The notes under the pieces: model-generated
Told to the model about the DNA's origin: nothing
What the model saw: the letters and a program-made list of their open reading frames with translations, nothing else
The model's database searches: none
Part shown: piece by piece, positions 52,223 through 63,160 of the stretch
Layout of the letters: each line of letters begins with the position of its first letter
Position numbering within the stretch: the first letter of the stretch is position 1
Translations under genes and position numbers: made by a program
Source of the DNA: Octopus sinensis
Taxonomy: Eukaryota
Length of the DNA: 64,000 nt
Direction: 5' to 3'
Assembly: GCF_006345805.1 (NCBI RefSeq)
Contig: NC_043010.1
Span: 992,001 to 1,056,000, forward strand

Positions 52223-52390
52223 GGGCATCTGACAGGAAGGGCATCTGACAGGAAGGTCATCTGATAGGAAGGGCATCTGACAGGAAGGTCATCTGACAGG
52301 AAGGGCATCTGACAGGAAGGTCATCTGACAGGAAGGGCATCTGAAAGGAAGGTCATCTGACAGGAAGGTCATCTGACAGGAAGGGCATCT
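52223..52390 (+). repeat. 16-bp minisatellite, 10.5 units (GG[G/T]CATCTGACAGGAA)
   Basis: Units read directly; position 3 mostly alternates G/T. Confidence 0.95.
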
Positions 52391-53621
52391 CTGTGAAGAA
52401 AATCTGTTTCAGTAAACTTCATCTGGCATATGTAAGCATAGAAAAAGAAGACACTAAAAGATGACGATGATTTGGAATAGAGATTTAGTTGCTATTTCTA
52501 GCAAGTTATATGGTCATCTAGAACCTCCATGTATTTGTCTTACGTATTTGTAAATACAGATTATAAAATTGTAACTGAATTCGTAATTTTGAACTGCTCC
52601 AACATTTATTTATTCATTTAGTTCGAAATATCAACTTTACAATTTTGTCCAACCAATGCTGCCAGCATGCAAAATGGAAGTTTGATGATGATAATGATAA
52701 TGATAATGATAATTTTATGAAAAACATTTTTGAAAATTCTAAAAATCATTTTTTTGCAATTTTTTTTTAGTCATTGTTTGTCATTCTTCTCTATGCGTCG
52801 GTGACTCATGTAAAAAAAAAAAAAGAAAGTTCACACTGACTTTGGATGCGATCAGCATGAGCCGTAAAATATTGTCTGCGTTTTCTTCATGATTAGTAGC
52901 TATTGTTTAGAGTTGGATTTCTTTTCCGTATTAATCAAACCCAATATAACAATTAAATCACATTAAATTTATTGTTAATTAACCTCACATTTTGAATAAT
53001 GAATACATGTTTACAATTTTAAACAAAGCAAAACGTGCGAACCTAATATAAAAGAGTGCTCATACAAGAGAGATTATAAATGTGAAAAGCCAACAGGGGT
53101 TGAATTCACGTCTCCTCATTCATGTCTCCTTGCATTTATTATAATACAGTATAATCATTGTCCACCACGGAATATAGCCTCCACAGTTAAGTCTCTATAT
53201 AAGAGCATTCATAATCATTTTGAATTCAACCTCATGTATAGCATGTGTTTCACCTGCGTTGGCTGCTTTCGTTTCAAATTAATTAGATCATGAAATGTCT
53301 CTCTTGTAATAATTGTTTCAAACATAGGTGAAAGCAAGTGGCTTAGGGGTTAGAGTGTTGCACTTATCTATTATCTTATTATTATTCTTTCAGTAATTTC
53401 ACTGTGGCCATGCTGGGGCACTGCCTTTGAGAATTTTTTATTGAATGAATCAGATTCCAGTACTCAGTTTTTCTTGTTCCTTTTTAAGCCTGGTACTTAT
53501 CCAATCAGTCTCTTTTGTCCTTTATTCTATCGGTCTCTTTTACCCAACTGCTAAGTTACAGAGGTAAATACATCAACACAGTTGCCCAGCAGTGATAAAG
53601 TACAAACACAGACACACACAC

Positions 53622-53870
53622 ATCATCATCATCATCATCATTATCATTGTTTAACGTCCGTTTTCCGTGCTAGCATGGTTTGACCGGGGTCTGGGAAGCC
53701 AGGAGGCTGCACCAGGCTCCAGTTTGATCTGGCAATGTTTCTATAGCTGGATGCCCTTCCTAACGCCAACCACTCCGTGAGTGTAGTGGGTGTTTTTTAT
53801 GTGCCACCGGCACAGGTGCCAGGGGAGGCTGGCAGCGGCCACAATAGGTTGGTGTTTTTTACGTGTGAAT
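53622..53870 (-). mobile_element. RTE 3'UTR-derived repeat with (GAT)n tail
   Basis: catcatcat...tttaacgtccgttttccgtgctagcatgg...gatgcccttcctaacgccaaccactcc. Confidence 0.8.
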
Positions 53871-54534
53871 ATATATATGCTGCGCTTCTTTCAGTTTCTG
53901 TCTACCAAATCCACTCACAAGGCTTTGGTCGGCTCAAGGCTATAGTAGAAATCATTTGCCCAACCTGGAACTAGATGGGTGGGAAGCAAACTTCTCACCA
54001 CACAGTCACATAAGGAATGTGGTTTCAGTTGCTAGACCAGGTGGTGCATTGTGTTCTTCAGTAAATCATGAGTTAAACCGACCGTTTTACTTGAAGGATG
54101 AAGGACAAAGTCAAAAGTGACTTCAAAGAGATTTGAATTCTGAACATAAAATGTCAGAACAAATACCACAAGGATTTTGTTAAAAAAAATCTGAAAAAAG
54201 CAAAGAATAAAATGATAAAATAAATAAATAAAAATGTGCAGGAATGGCTGTGTGGTAAGAAATTTGTTTCCTAACCACATGGTTCTAGGTTCAGTCACAC
54301 TGCATGGCACCTTTGGCAAGTGTCTTCTATTATAGCCTCAGGCTAACAAAAGCTTAGTTAGTGGATCTTGTAGGTCCTCGTCTTAGACACAAATTTAATG
54401 TGGTGTGGTTGATGTCCATTTTGAATCCCAATGTGTCAATGTATACAGAAGGCAAAATCTGGAGTGAGCGGGTGGAATTGTTGAAAGTTTCAATTCAAGG
54501 AGGAAAGACAAGGCAAAATGTTCTGTGATCTTAA

Positions 54535-54742
54535 CCTTTCGTTACCAACCTGGCCAAATGTCTGGTACAAATGTCTTATTTTCATAAGTTTTGAATTAAA
54601 ATCTTCCACCAAACCTTAGTCACAATTTATGTTCTTAACACTAGCTGAATAATAACTAAGTTATTTTACTAAATTCTTTGTTATATTTTAAGTAATTGAA
54701 AGAAACACAGAGCATCTCAACATAAATACAGTAATGAAAGGG
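54535..54742. mobile_element. piggyBac-type MITE inserted into copy 2 of the dispersed duplication
   Basis: TTAA|cctttcgttac ... gtaatgaaaggg|TTAA; absent from copy 1 at about 46485. Confidence 0.85.
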
Positions 54743-55720
54743 TTAATGGTGAAATTCAAAAGAGATGACAAGACAGGGAAAGGTAAGTTTAATGAATATA
54801 AAGAGAGATAATGAAGTCAGTTGCTTAATTCAGAAGAATAGGAGGCCACAGATGCTTGTGCGCGCGTGTGTGTGTGTGTGTGTGTGTGTGTGCCTTTGTG
54901 TCTCTGTTTGTCCCCTCCCCCACAACCACCTGACAACCGAAAATGTGTTTCCATCCCCCTAACTTAACACTTCAGCAATAGAGACTGGTAGAATAAGTAC
55001 CAGGCTTAAAAACAGAAAAAATAAGTACAGAGGTTGATTCATTCGACTAAAAATTCTTCAAAATAGTGCTGCAACATGGCCACAGTCTAATGACTGAAAG
55101 ATGAAAAAGATAAAAGATAATAAAAGCAAAAAGAAAAGTGATATAAATTAAAAATCTGATGAATGAAAGGAAATAATTGGAAAGCAAAAGAAATAAGCAA
55201 ATAAAAAAAAAAATAAATGAGTGAAAATTTAATGAATGAATAAAAACTGATGAAGGAATGAAATGAAAAAAGAAACTAACAAAAAAAATGGATAAAAAAC
55301 GAAGAATAGAATTTGATGACTGAAAGAAAATAAAAGAATAATAAAAAGCGAATGAAAAAGTGAGATGAAAAATGATGAAAGGAAAATTAGAAAATATCAA
55401 GATTTCCTTCTCAAAAAATATAAAAAAGGTTAGAAGGATCAGTAAAAATATATGGCAGCAGAGTAAAGCCATTAGCATATTTGGGTGGAATCCAGGAGTG
55501 CAAGGGTTCAAATACAGAAAACAGCAGCTTTGGCTGACGTTCAACAATCAATATTGCAAAGAACACATTAACAAATTATTTACATGAGGAATAATTGTTG
55601 TTAGTACGGTTGTTGCTATATGTCTATAGTAGTAGTTGTTATGGCAGTGATTATTGTTGTTGTCGTTGTTGTTGGTGTGTATAGTATTTGTTATGACTAG
55701 TAGTGTTGTTATTACATTGG

Positions 55721-56117
55721 TACTCTTTTTACTCTTTTTATTTGTTTCAGACTGCGGCCATGCTGGAGCACCGCCTTTTAGTCGAATAAATCGACCCCAG
55801 GACTTATTCTTTGTAAGCCTAGTACTTATTCTATCAGTCTCTTTTGCTGAACCACTAAGTTACGGGGACGTAAACACACCACCATCGGTTGTCAAGCAAT
55901 GGTGGGGGGAGGACAAACACAGACACACAAACATATAGACACATACATATATATACATATATACAACAGGCTTCTTCCAGTTTCCGTCTACCAAATCCAC
56001 TCACAAGGCTTTGGTCGGCCCGAGGATATAGTAGAAGACACTTGCCCAAAGTGCCACGCAGTGGGATTGAACCCGGAACCATGTGGTTGGTAAGCAAACT
56101 ACTTGCCACACAGTCAC
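55721..56117 (-). mobile_element. SINE group A, well-conserved full copy
   Basis: Complete tail-to-head RC with many CpGs retained. Confidence 0.9.
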
Positions 56118-56399
56118 AACGGTAGTTGTTTTTTTTTTATTATAATTGTTGCTATGGTGTCGAGTTGGCTGAATCATTAGCATGACGGCCAAAATACAAC
56201 TCAGTATTTATTTCTTGACTCTTTATGTTCTGAGTTCAAATTTCATGGTTGACTTCTATCATTTCAGTGGTCAATAAGATAAGTACCAACCGAGTGCCAG
56301 GGTCACTGTATCTTGACTTGACCCCTCCCACAAAATTTCTAGCACTTATAGCAGAAACAGTTATAATTTACAGTTCTATATTTAGGAGATGAGTCGCTA

Positions 56400-56633
56400 T
56401 TTACATTGTTTACATTATTTACATTTGACGGATATTTGTCTTCATCTTGTTTGTTGTTAGCACAACATTTTGGCTGATATAACCTCCAGCCTTCATCAGG
56501 TGTCTTGGGGAAATTTCGAACCTGGGTTCTCATTCCTAAGGTATTTTTCGATGTTGTTATTATTATTATTATTGTTGTTGTTGTTAGTGTTCAGGTCACT
56601 GCTTGGAATTGAACTCGGAATCTTGGGGTTAGA
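56400..56633 (-). mobile_element. 5'-truncated tRNA-box element with Penelope-type hammerhead-bearing tail
   Basis: RC reads ctaaccccaagattccGAGTTCAATTCC (B-box-like), (AAC/AAT)n, then the HHR-like segment and a (aatgtaaa[t/c])n tail. Confidence 0.65.
56459..56504 (-). ncRNA. Minimal type-I hammerhead ribozyme motif, mutated copy
   Basis: GACAC CTGATGA A GGCTG-loop-CAGCC AAAA TGTT GTGC: intact stem II, but G12->A and C15.2->T (CpG-type transitions). Confidence 0.6.
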
Positions 56634-56671
56634 ACCTTAGGAATGAGTACCCAGGTTTGAAATTTCCCCAG

Positions 56672-56717
56672 GACACCTGATGAAGATTGGAGGGTATATC
56701 AGCCGAAACGTTGTGTT
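56672..56717 (+). ncRNA. Minimal type-I hammerhead ribozyme motif, core intact
   Basis: Stem I GACAC(56672-76)/GTGTT(56713-17), CTGATGA(56677-83), extra A, stem II GATTG/CAGCC (one mismatch), GAAA(56705-08), palindromic AACGTT stem III; predicted cleavage after GTT at 56712. Confidence 0.7.
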
Positions 56718-56990
56718 AACAACAAACAAGATGTGGACAAATATCCATCAATTGTAAATAATGTAATTATGATTTACTTAGTCACAGTTATTGGACTGTG
56801 ACTATGTTAAGGTACCACCTTGAATGTGGAACAAATCAATCCCAGAACTTGTTTTTTTTTTCTTGAAGTTAGCGACATCCCATCAGTCACTTTTGTCAAA
56901 GCCCTATGAGGATATAAACAAACTAACACCAGTTGTCAAACATTGGTAAGTAAACAAACACATAACTACATCATATATATACACACATGT

Positions 56991-57317
56991 GAAGGCACGT
57001 GGTTCAGTGGTTAGAGCATCAAGCTTACAATCGTGAGGTTGTGACTTCGAACCCCGGAACAGGGTGCGTGTTGAGTTTTTGAGCAAGACACTTTATTTCA
57101 CATTGCTCCAGTTCACTCAGCTGTAGAAATGAGTTGCGACATCACAGGTGCCAAGCTGTATCGGCCTTTGCCTTTGGATAACACTGGTGGTGTGGAGATA
57201 GAGGCCGGTATGAATGAGCGACTGCTGGACTTTCATAAACAACCTTGCCTGGATTTTGCCTGGGAGGGTAACTTTCTAGGTGCAATCCCACGGTCAGTCA
57301 TGACCGAAGGGGGTCTC
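56991..57317 (+). mobile_element. SINE group B, full copy with third tail type
   Basis: gaaggcacgtggttcagtggttagagc...ttgagcaagacactttatttcacattgctccag; tail homologous to 7618-7822. Confidence 0.85.
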
Positions 57318-57919
57318 AGGATATACACTTGCACACAGATAGACAGACAGGCAGAGAGACATACAGACACACAGACAGACAAACAGGCAGGGTAGATAGA
57401 TAAATCGATTCAATAGATATCCAATAGCATGTGCATTTCTTTTGTATGATGACACCAGATGGCCAATAACTGTAGACAAGCTTTGCACAGCATTCTACAA
57501 GTTTTTTTACAGGAATCTCAACTACATAAACATATATATGTATGTATATATGTATGTATATACACGCAGAGTTTCCATCTACCAAATACATTCACAAGGC
57601 ATTTGTCAACTCAGGGCCATAGTAGAAGATACCAGCCCAAAGTGTTGCACAGTGTGTCTGGACCTGAAACCCAAACCTGAGGTGGTTGCAAAGAGAGCTT
57701 CGTAGGCACACAGTCAGCCTTCATCTATAGTCTTCAATATAGTGGTGGTGGTGATGGTAGTAGTGGTAGAATTTATTGTGGTAATAGTGGTGGTACTGAC
57801 AGCAATGAGTGTAGTTTGGTGGTGGTAGTAGTCGTGGTGGTGGTGGTGGTGATGGTAGTAGTGGTGGAGGTGGAGGTGGTAGTAGTAGCGGTGGTAGTAA
57901 TAGTGGTAGTAGTAGCAGA

Positions 57920-58411
57920 AGTGGCTCTATGGTAAGTAGCTTGCTTACCAGCCACATGGTTCCGGTTTTAGTCCCACTGCGTGGCACCTTGGGTAGGTGT
58001 CTTCTACTATAGCCTCGGGCCGACCAAAGCCTTGTGAGTGGATTTGGTAGACGGAAACTGAAAGAAGCCTGTCGTATATATATATATATTCTTTTATTCT
58101 TTTATTTGTTTCAGTCATTTTGACTGCGGCCATGCTGGAGCACCGCCTTTAGTCAAGCAAATCGACCCCGGGACTTATTCTTTGTAAGCCCAGTACTTAT
58201 TCTATCGGTCTCAGTGTTTGTTCCCCCAATATCGCTTGACAACCGATGCTGGTGTGTTTACGTTCCCGTAAATTAGCAGTTTGGCAAAAGACCCCGATAG
58301 AATAAGTACTAGGCTTCCAAAGAATAAGTCCTGAGGTCGATTTGCTCGACTAAAGGCGGTGCTCCAGCGTGGCCACAGTCAAATGACTGAAACAAGTAAA
58401 AGAGTAAAGAG
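57920..58411 (+). mobile_element. SINE group A containing an inverted copy of its own 3' end
   Basis: Head 57920-58075 (+), inverted tail 58090-58212 (-), tail 58213-58411 (+). Confidence 0.85.
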
Positions 58412-58779
58412 TATTCTGTGACAGTCTTTCAAATTCCTCCCATTCCTGTTTCTGCTCTGTTCTTCCTTTTGGATGCGTTTTTGTGTTGCTTCTTCTTCAG
58501 CTTGTCTTGTTGTTGTTTACGTTGTAGCTTCCCCATGACCCTTTCGTTGTTGGTGAACAGCCCTTGTTGTTCCAGGACATGATAAAGTTGGATGATAGTT
58601 GGGGTGGGGTGGAGGTAGTCTTGTGGCTTCTTTCTTCCTGCACACTGGAATAAATGACAGGATGGTCATAGATGGAATTATCTCTGATCAATAGTCTGCT
58701 CGATCTGGATTGGTCTGGGGCTAAATCACCAACTTACATACTAAACTGCCATCAATGCAAAAAAAGGTAAATCCATACC

Positions 58780-59490
58780 ACCACCACCACCACCACCACC
58801 ACCACCACCACCACCACCAGAGCCACTACAATTATTATCACCACCAGTGGCACCAACACCATGCTACAATATTTAGCACCACCACAACTACTGCTACTAC
58901 TACCACAACAACAACCACCACAACTGTCACTATCACCACCACTACTACTACTACTACCACCACTACTACAGCCAACACTTTGTCAATTTCCACTGAGTGC
59001 TACTATATTACTACCACTGACAAACACTTCTACCACCACTGTTTCTATGACAACTTCCACCATTAGCACCACCACTATTTCTCTCACAAGCACTCCCCAC
59101 CGCCGCTACTGCTGCTGCTGCTACTATTACCACTACTACTACTACCACCGCTACTACTACCACCATCACCACCACCATTACCACCACCACCATCACTACT
59201 ACTACCACCACCACCACCACCATTACTACTACTACTACTACTACCACAACTACTACTACTACTACTACTACCACCATCACCACCACCAAACCACAATCAC
59301 TGCTGCCAGTACCACCACTATTACCACTATCGACACAAACACAAATACCACTATAAATTCCACCACTACCACCACCACCACCACTAATGCTACTAAAACT
59401 ACTACTACAACCATTACTAGGACAAACGCTACCACCATCACCACCACCACAATCACTACCACTACCACAGCCACAACAACAACCAACATC
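58780..59490. repeat. Compound (CAC)/(TAC) trinucleotide tract
   Basis: About 700 bp of cac/tac/cat repeats generating spurious poly-His/Tyr/Thr ORFs. Confidence 0.9.
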
Positions 59491-60057
59491 AATATGTCTT
59501 TAAATCTGTATTGTTTACTAATTTTCCAAAAATTTTTGTTTCTGAGGTTGGTTTGTTTGTTTGACTATTTTTGTCAATAATAATAATTTTTTAATAACAA
59601 TAAAAATAACAACAACAACAACAACAATAATAATAATAATAACAATAATAATAATAATCTATTTATTATTCATTTTTCAAAACCAATAATTCAGAAATGA
59701 AACCAGAGAAGATTCTAGAAAAACATTTCAGATATTTTAAAAAAACATCCAGAATAATTTATTTCTGGAATCTTTGTTTAAAATTTATTTGTTATTGTAG
59801 TAACAAGGAGGATATGTGTGTATGTATGTATGTATGCATGTGTGAGTGTGTGTGTGTGTGTATGTGTGTGTGTTCACATACTTGCATGTGTATGTATGTA
59901 TAAATCCATACACATACATATATGTAGCTATGTAGCTCAGAAGTTGCTTTGCAGCTGCAAAGTGCTGATTCATTCTCACTGCATGGCACATGGACAGGTG
60001 ACTTCTACTGTGGCCCATGGGCTGACAATAACTTGTGAGTAAAATTGGTAACAAACC

Positions 60058-60098
<41 letters not shown>

Positions 60099-60280
60099 TT
60101 GTTGTCACATTGAAATGTACTAAAAAAATATCTACATTTGTTTCACACATATACAAACACACACAGAGTGCGTAAGACATTTGAGGACAGATTTATGTTT
60201 ATAAAAAAAGAACAGATATATAATATCAAAAAATGCTATGAGGATAAAAATAAACCTTCTTTTCAATATTGTTATTCAAT

Positions 60281-60893
60281 AAAACCACCTTCAGCTTCAG
60301 CAACTGCTCGAATCAAGAGACCCTTGTTCATTTTGGACATTACTCTGACTATGGCAGCTTTCATAGAATCCTTGGTGTTATGGGCATGTTCATTGACCTC
60401 TCTCTCAACAACACTCCATGTGTAATAGGCCAATAGATTGAGATCTGGGGAATTAGGTCAAATGCTAGGGGCTGTGTGATCATGAAAATTTTCAGCCATC
60501 CATTCCTGTGTTACTAGAGCCATATGAGATACTGCAGGGTCTTACTGAAACACATGTGATTTTCGTTGCATTCACTGTCTATCCAGTGCTTAACAATTAT
60601 TTTCAGGACCTTGTGGAAAGAATTAAGGAGGCATCACATGTCCTTCATTACTGACAACCCCTAAAACCATGACAGTTGCAGGAAATTTTGTATGCATAAC
60701 AACTGGAACTTCAGAAAGGTCTGCACATAACCATCTGTCATTTCTTGTTAACTTTCTGATCTTGGTTGAAGTTTTTCTTGTTTAAGAAAAACCAAATCAA
60801 ATCTTCTGCTGAATTTTTAAGTTTGTTCGAGAACCTTTTAGATCTGATGTAATGATTTTTTACTTTTTCGGACAAATTGGCCTTTCCTCATCA
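60281..60893 (-). pseudogene. Decayed Tc1/mariner transposase (DD37D/maT-like)
   Basis: RC reads WFFLNKKNFNQDQKVN, DRWLCADLSEVPVVMHTKFPATVMVLGVVSNEGHVMPP, FQ*DPAVSH..TQEW..*PNSPDLNLLAYYTWSVVE..AEGGF. About 36 residues lie between the second and third catalytic positions, with one Pro apparently lost. Confidence 0.85.
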
Positions 60894-61934
60894 TATAAGT
60901 TCAGTAAAAGAGACTGATAGAATAAGTATCAGGCTTAAAAACAGGTACTAGGTTTGATGTGTTTAACTAAAATTCTCAAGGCGTTACCCCAGCATGGCCA
61001 CAGTCTAATGGCCGAAAGAAGTAACGGGTAAAAATATACATTCACGCACATATAAGACAATGCTACACAGTTCCATTTCAACTGATTCCACTAACAATAT
61101 ACAGGCCATCTTGAGTCTATGAAACAAGAGACATACTAGATAACACCAAGCTGCCATGCAGTAGAATCCAACCTGGAACCATACATTCTTTACCAAAGTT
61201 CCTTACCACATACCCACACAGCCATACCTGATAGAAGCAATTAACTAGGAGTTTCTGATCCACTGTGCAGCACTGACAAGTAACAAGGATGGATTAATAT
61301 AAATAGCATCACATACCAGAACAGCATTTTTTATGATTATAGGAGAGAAAGAAAGAGAGAGGGGGAGATGGAGAGAGGGAGATAGAGAGAGAGGAAAACA
61401 GTAGATAAGGATTGATTCAAGAAATATAAATTGAAATCAGAGAATTTCCTAGTATTTTGCAATTCTAAGTTTTGTTTGTCCATTTGTAAAAACCATCATT
61501 TTCTCTATAAAGTCACTGACAGAACTAAACAAGACAGGCAGAGCGAGATTATGTCAGCAAAGACAAATGTCTGTTGTGTTGTACACACACACACACACAT
61601 GCATAAACAGTGAACCTCTCCACAGTTTCCATGTATGAAATTCACTCACAAGTTTTTTAGTCGTCTTGAGGTTTAAAGTGGAAAAGCTTACCCAAGGTAC
61701 CTTACAGTGGGACTGAACCTAAAGCCACATGGTTGCAAAGAGTGCTTCTTAACCACACAGCCATGCCTACCATACTTTTAAGAATACTGTATGAACTGAG
61801 GTTCCCATTGATAGGTCATTAGTATGACATTGTGGCTACTTAATTTCAAGTCTATACATAAAATTGAATTACTAACGACAATGGAGAAAAATTCATATTT
61901 TTAACCTTACAATGTGATTGTCATTAGAAGCCAA

Positions 61935-62410
61935 GATTTGGATGACGATGACAATGAAGGTGCTGAGAATGACAATGGTGGTAATGAATGTGATGCTGAT
62001 GATGGTGATGATGATGATGATGACTGAGGTGAAAACAGCCATGATGGTAATGGCAAAGGTTCTGTGATGATGATGATGATGGTGATGATGATGACAATGA
62101 TGGCAAAGACAACAGTGATGGTGGTTGTGATGATGATGATGATGATGATGATGGAGATGAAGTTGGTGACAACAATGATGGTGATGATGATGAAGTTGGT
62201 GATGACGATGGAGCTGGTGATGATGATGAAATTGATGAAGATGATGGAATTGGTGACAATGATGGAGTTGGGGATGTCAATGGAGTTGGGGATGTCAATG
62301 GAGTTGGTGATGACGACAGAATGGCGACGACGATGGAGTCAGTTGTGTCACTCCTGCTGCTGCTGCTGCTGATGATGATGATGAGGAGGAGAAGGACAAT
62401 AATGAGGGTG
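61935..62410. repeat. Cryptic (GAT)-based tract with an emerging 18-bp unit (GATGATGGAGTTGGTGAT)
   Basis: gatggagttggggatgtcaatggagttggggatgtcaatggagttggtgatgac. Confidence 0.75.
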
Positions 62411-63017
62411 ATGTGTGGTGCCATGTTTACTAGGTGGAGGCCACTCAAGCTTGTGTAGCGTTCTTTAGTTTGCCAGGATGACTAAAAGTATCCTCTGTTT
62501 TTTTTTTTTTGTTTGTGTGTGTGTATGAAAAAGAGAGAGTGAGAGAATTGAAGGAGAGAGAGAGAGAATGTGTGTGTGTGTGTGCTGTCGCTCCCCCCTC
62601 CACTTCTGTCCTCCAGCCCTCCACCTAACCATGGTATGTTCAGATGCTGGTTTGATTAATGGCTCCCTTGGTTGCTTCAGTTGAGTTCCTGCGTTGGTGT
62701 CTAAGAAACTACTGAAGCTAAAATCTAAAATGTCTAAACATTATTTTATTAATGATTACTAACCAATAAATAAAGCAATAAATATTAGAAAATAATTTAT
62801 TTTATCCATTTTTCTACAAAAAAAAATAATAATCTTATTTTCTTAGCAATTTATTTGGATATTAAGAATGTAGCTCAGCTCCATTCAACACATCTTGGGT
62901 ACTTTCTGGAACAATTAAATCGACATTAAACATTTTAATATTGTTTTTGTTTAAATTTTAAATGCAAGAACAGCCGCACCCGTGATGCTTTTTTGGTGAC
63001 TCTATGACTGATGGGTG

Positions 63018-63160
63018 AAGGCACATGGCCCAGTGGTTAGGGTGTTGCACTCATGATCACAAGATTGCAGTTTCAATTCCCAGGTCAGCAATGCATTGTG
63101 TTCTTGAGCAAAACACTTCATTCCAGATAGCTCCAGTCATCTCAACTGCAAATGAATAAC
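63018..63160 (+). mobile_element. SINE group B head and central domain
   Basis: gaaggcacatggcccagtggttagggtgttgcactcatgatc...ttcttgagcaaaacacttcatt. Confidence 0.75.

Noticed and set aside
52223-52390. CRISPR-like regular repeat
   Set aside because: Contiguous 16-bp tandem units with no spacers, in a eukaryotic context
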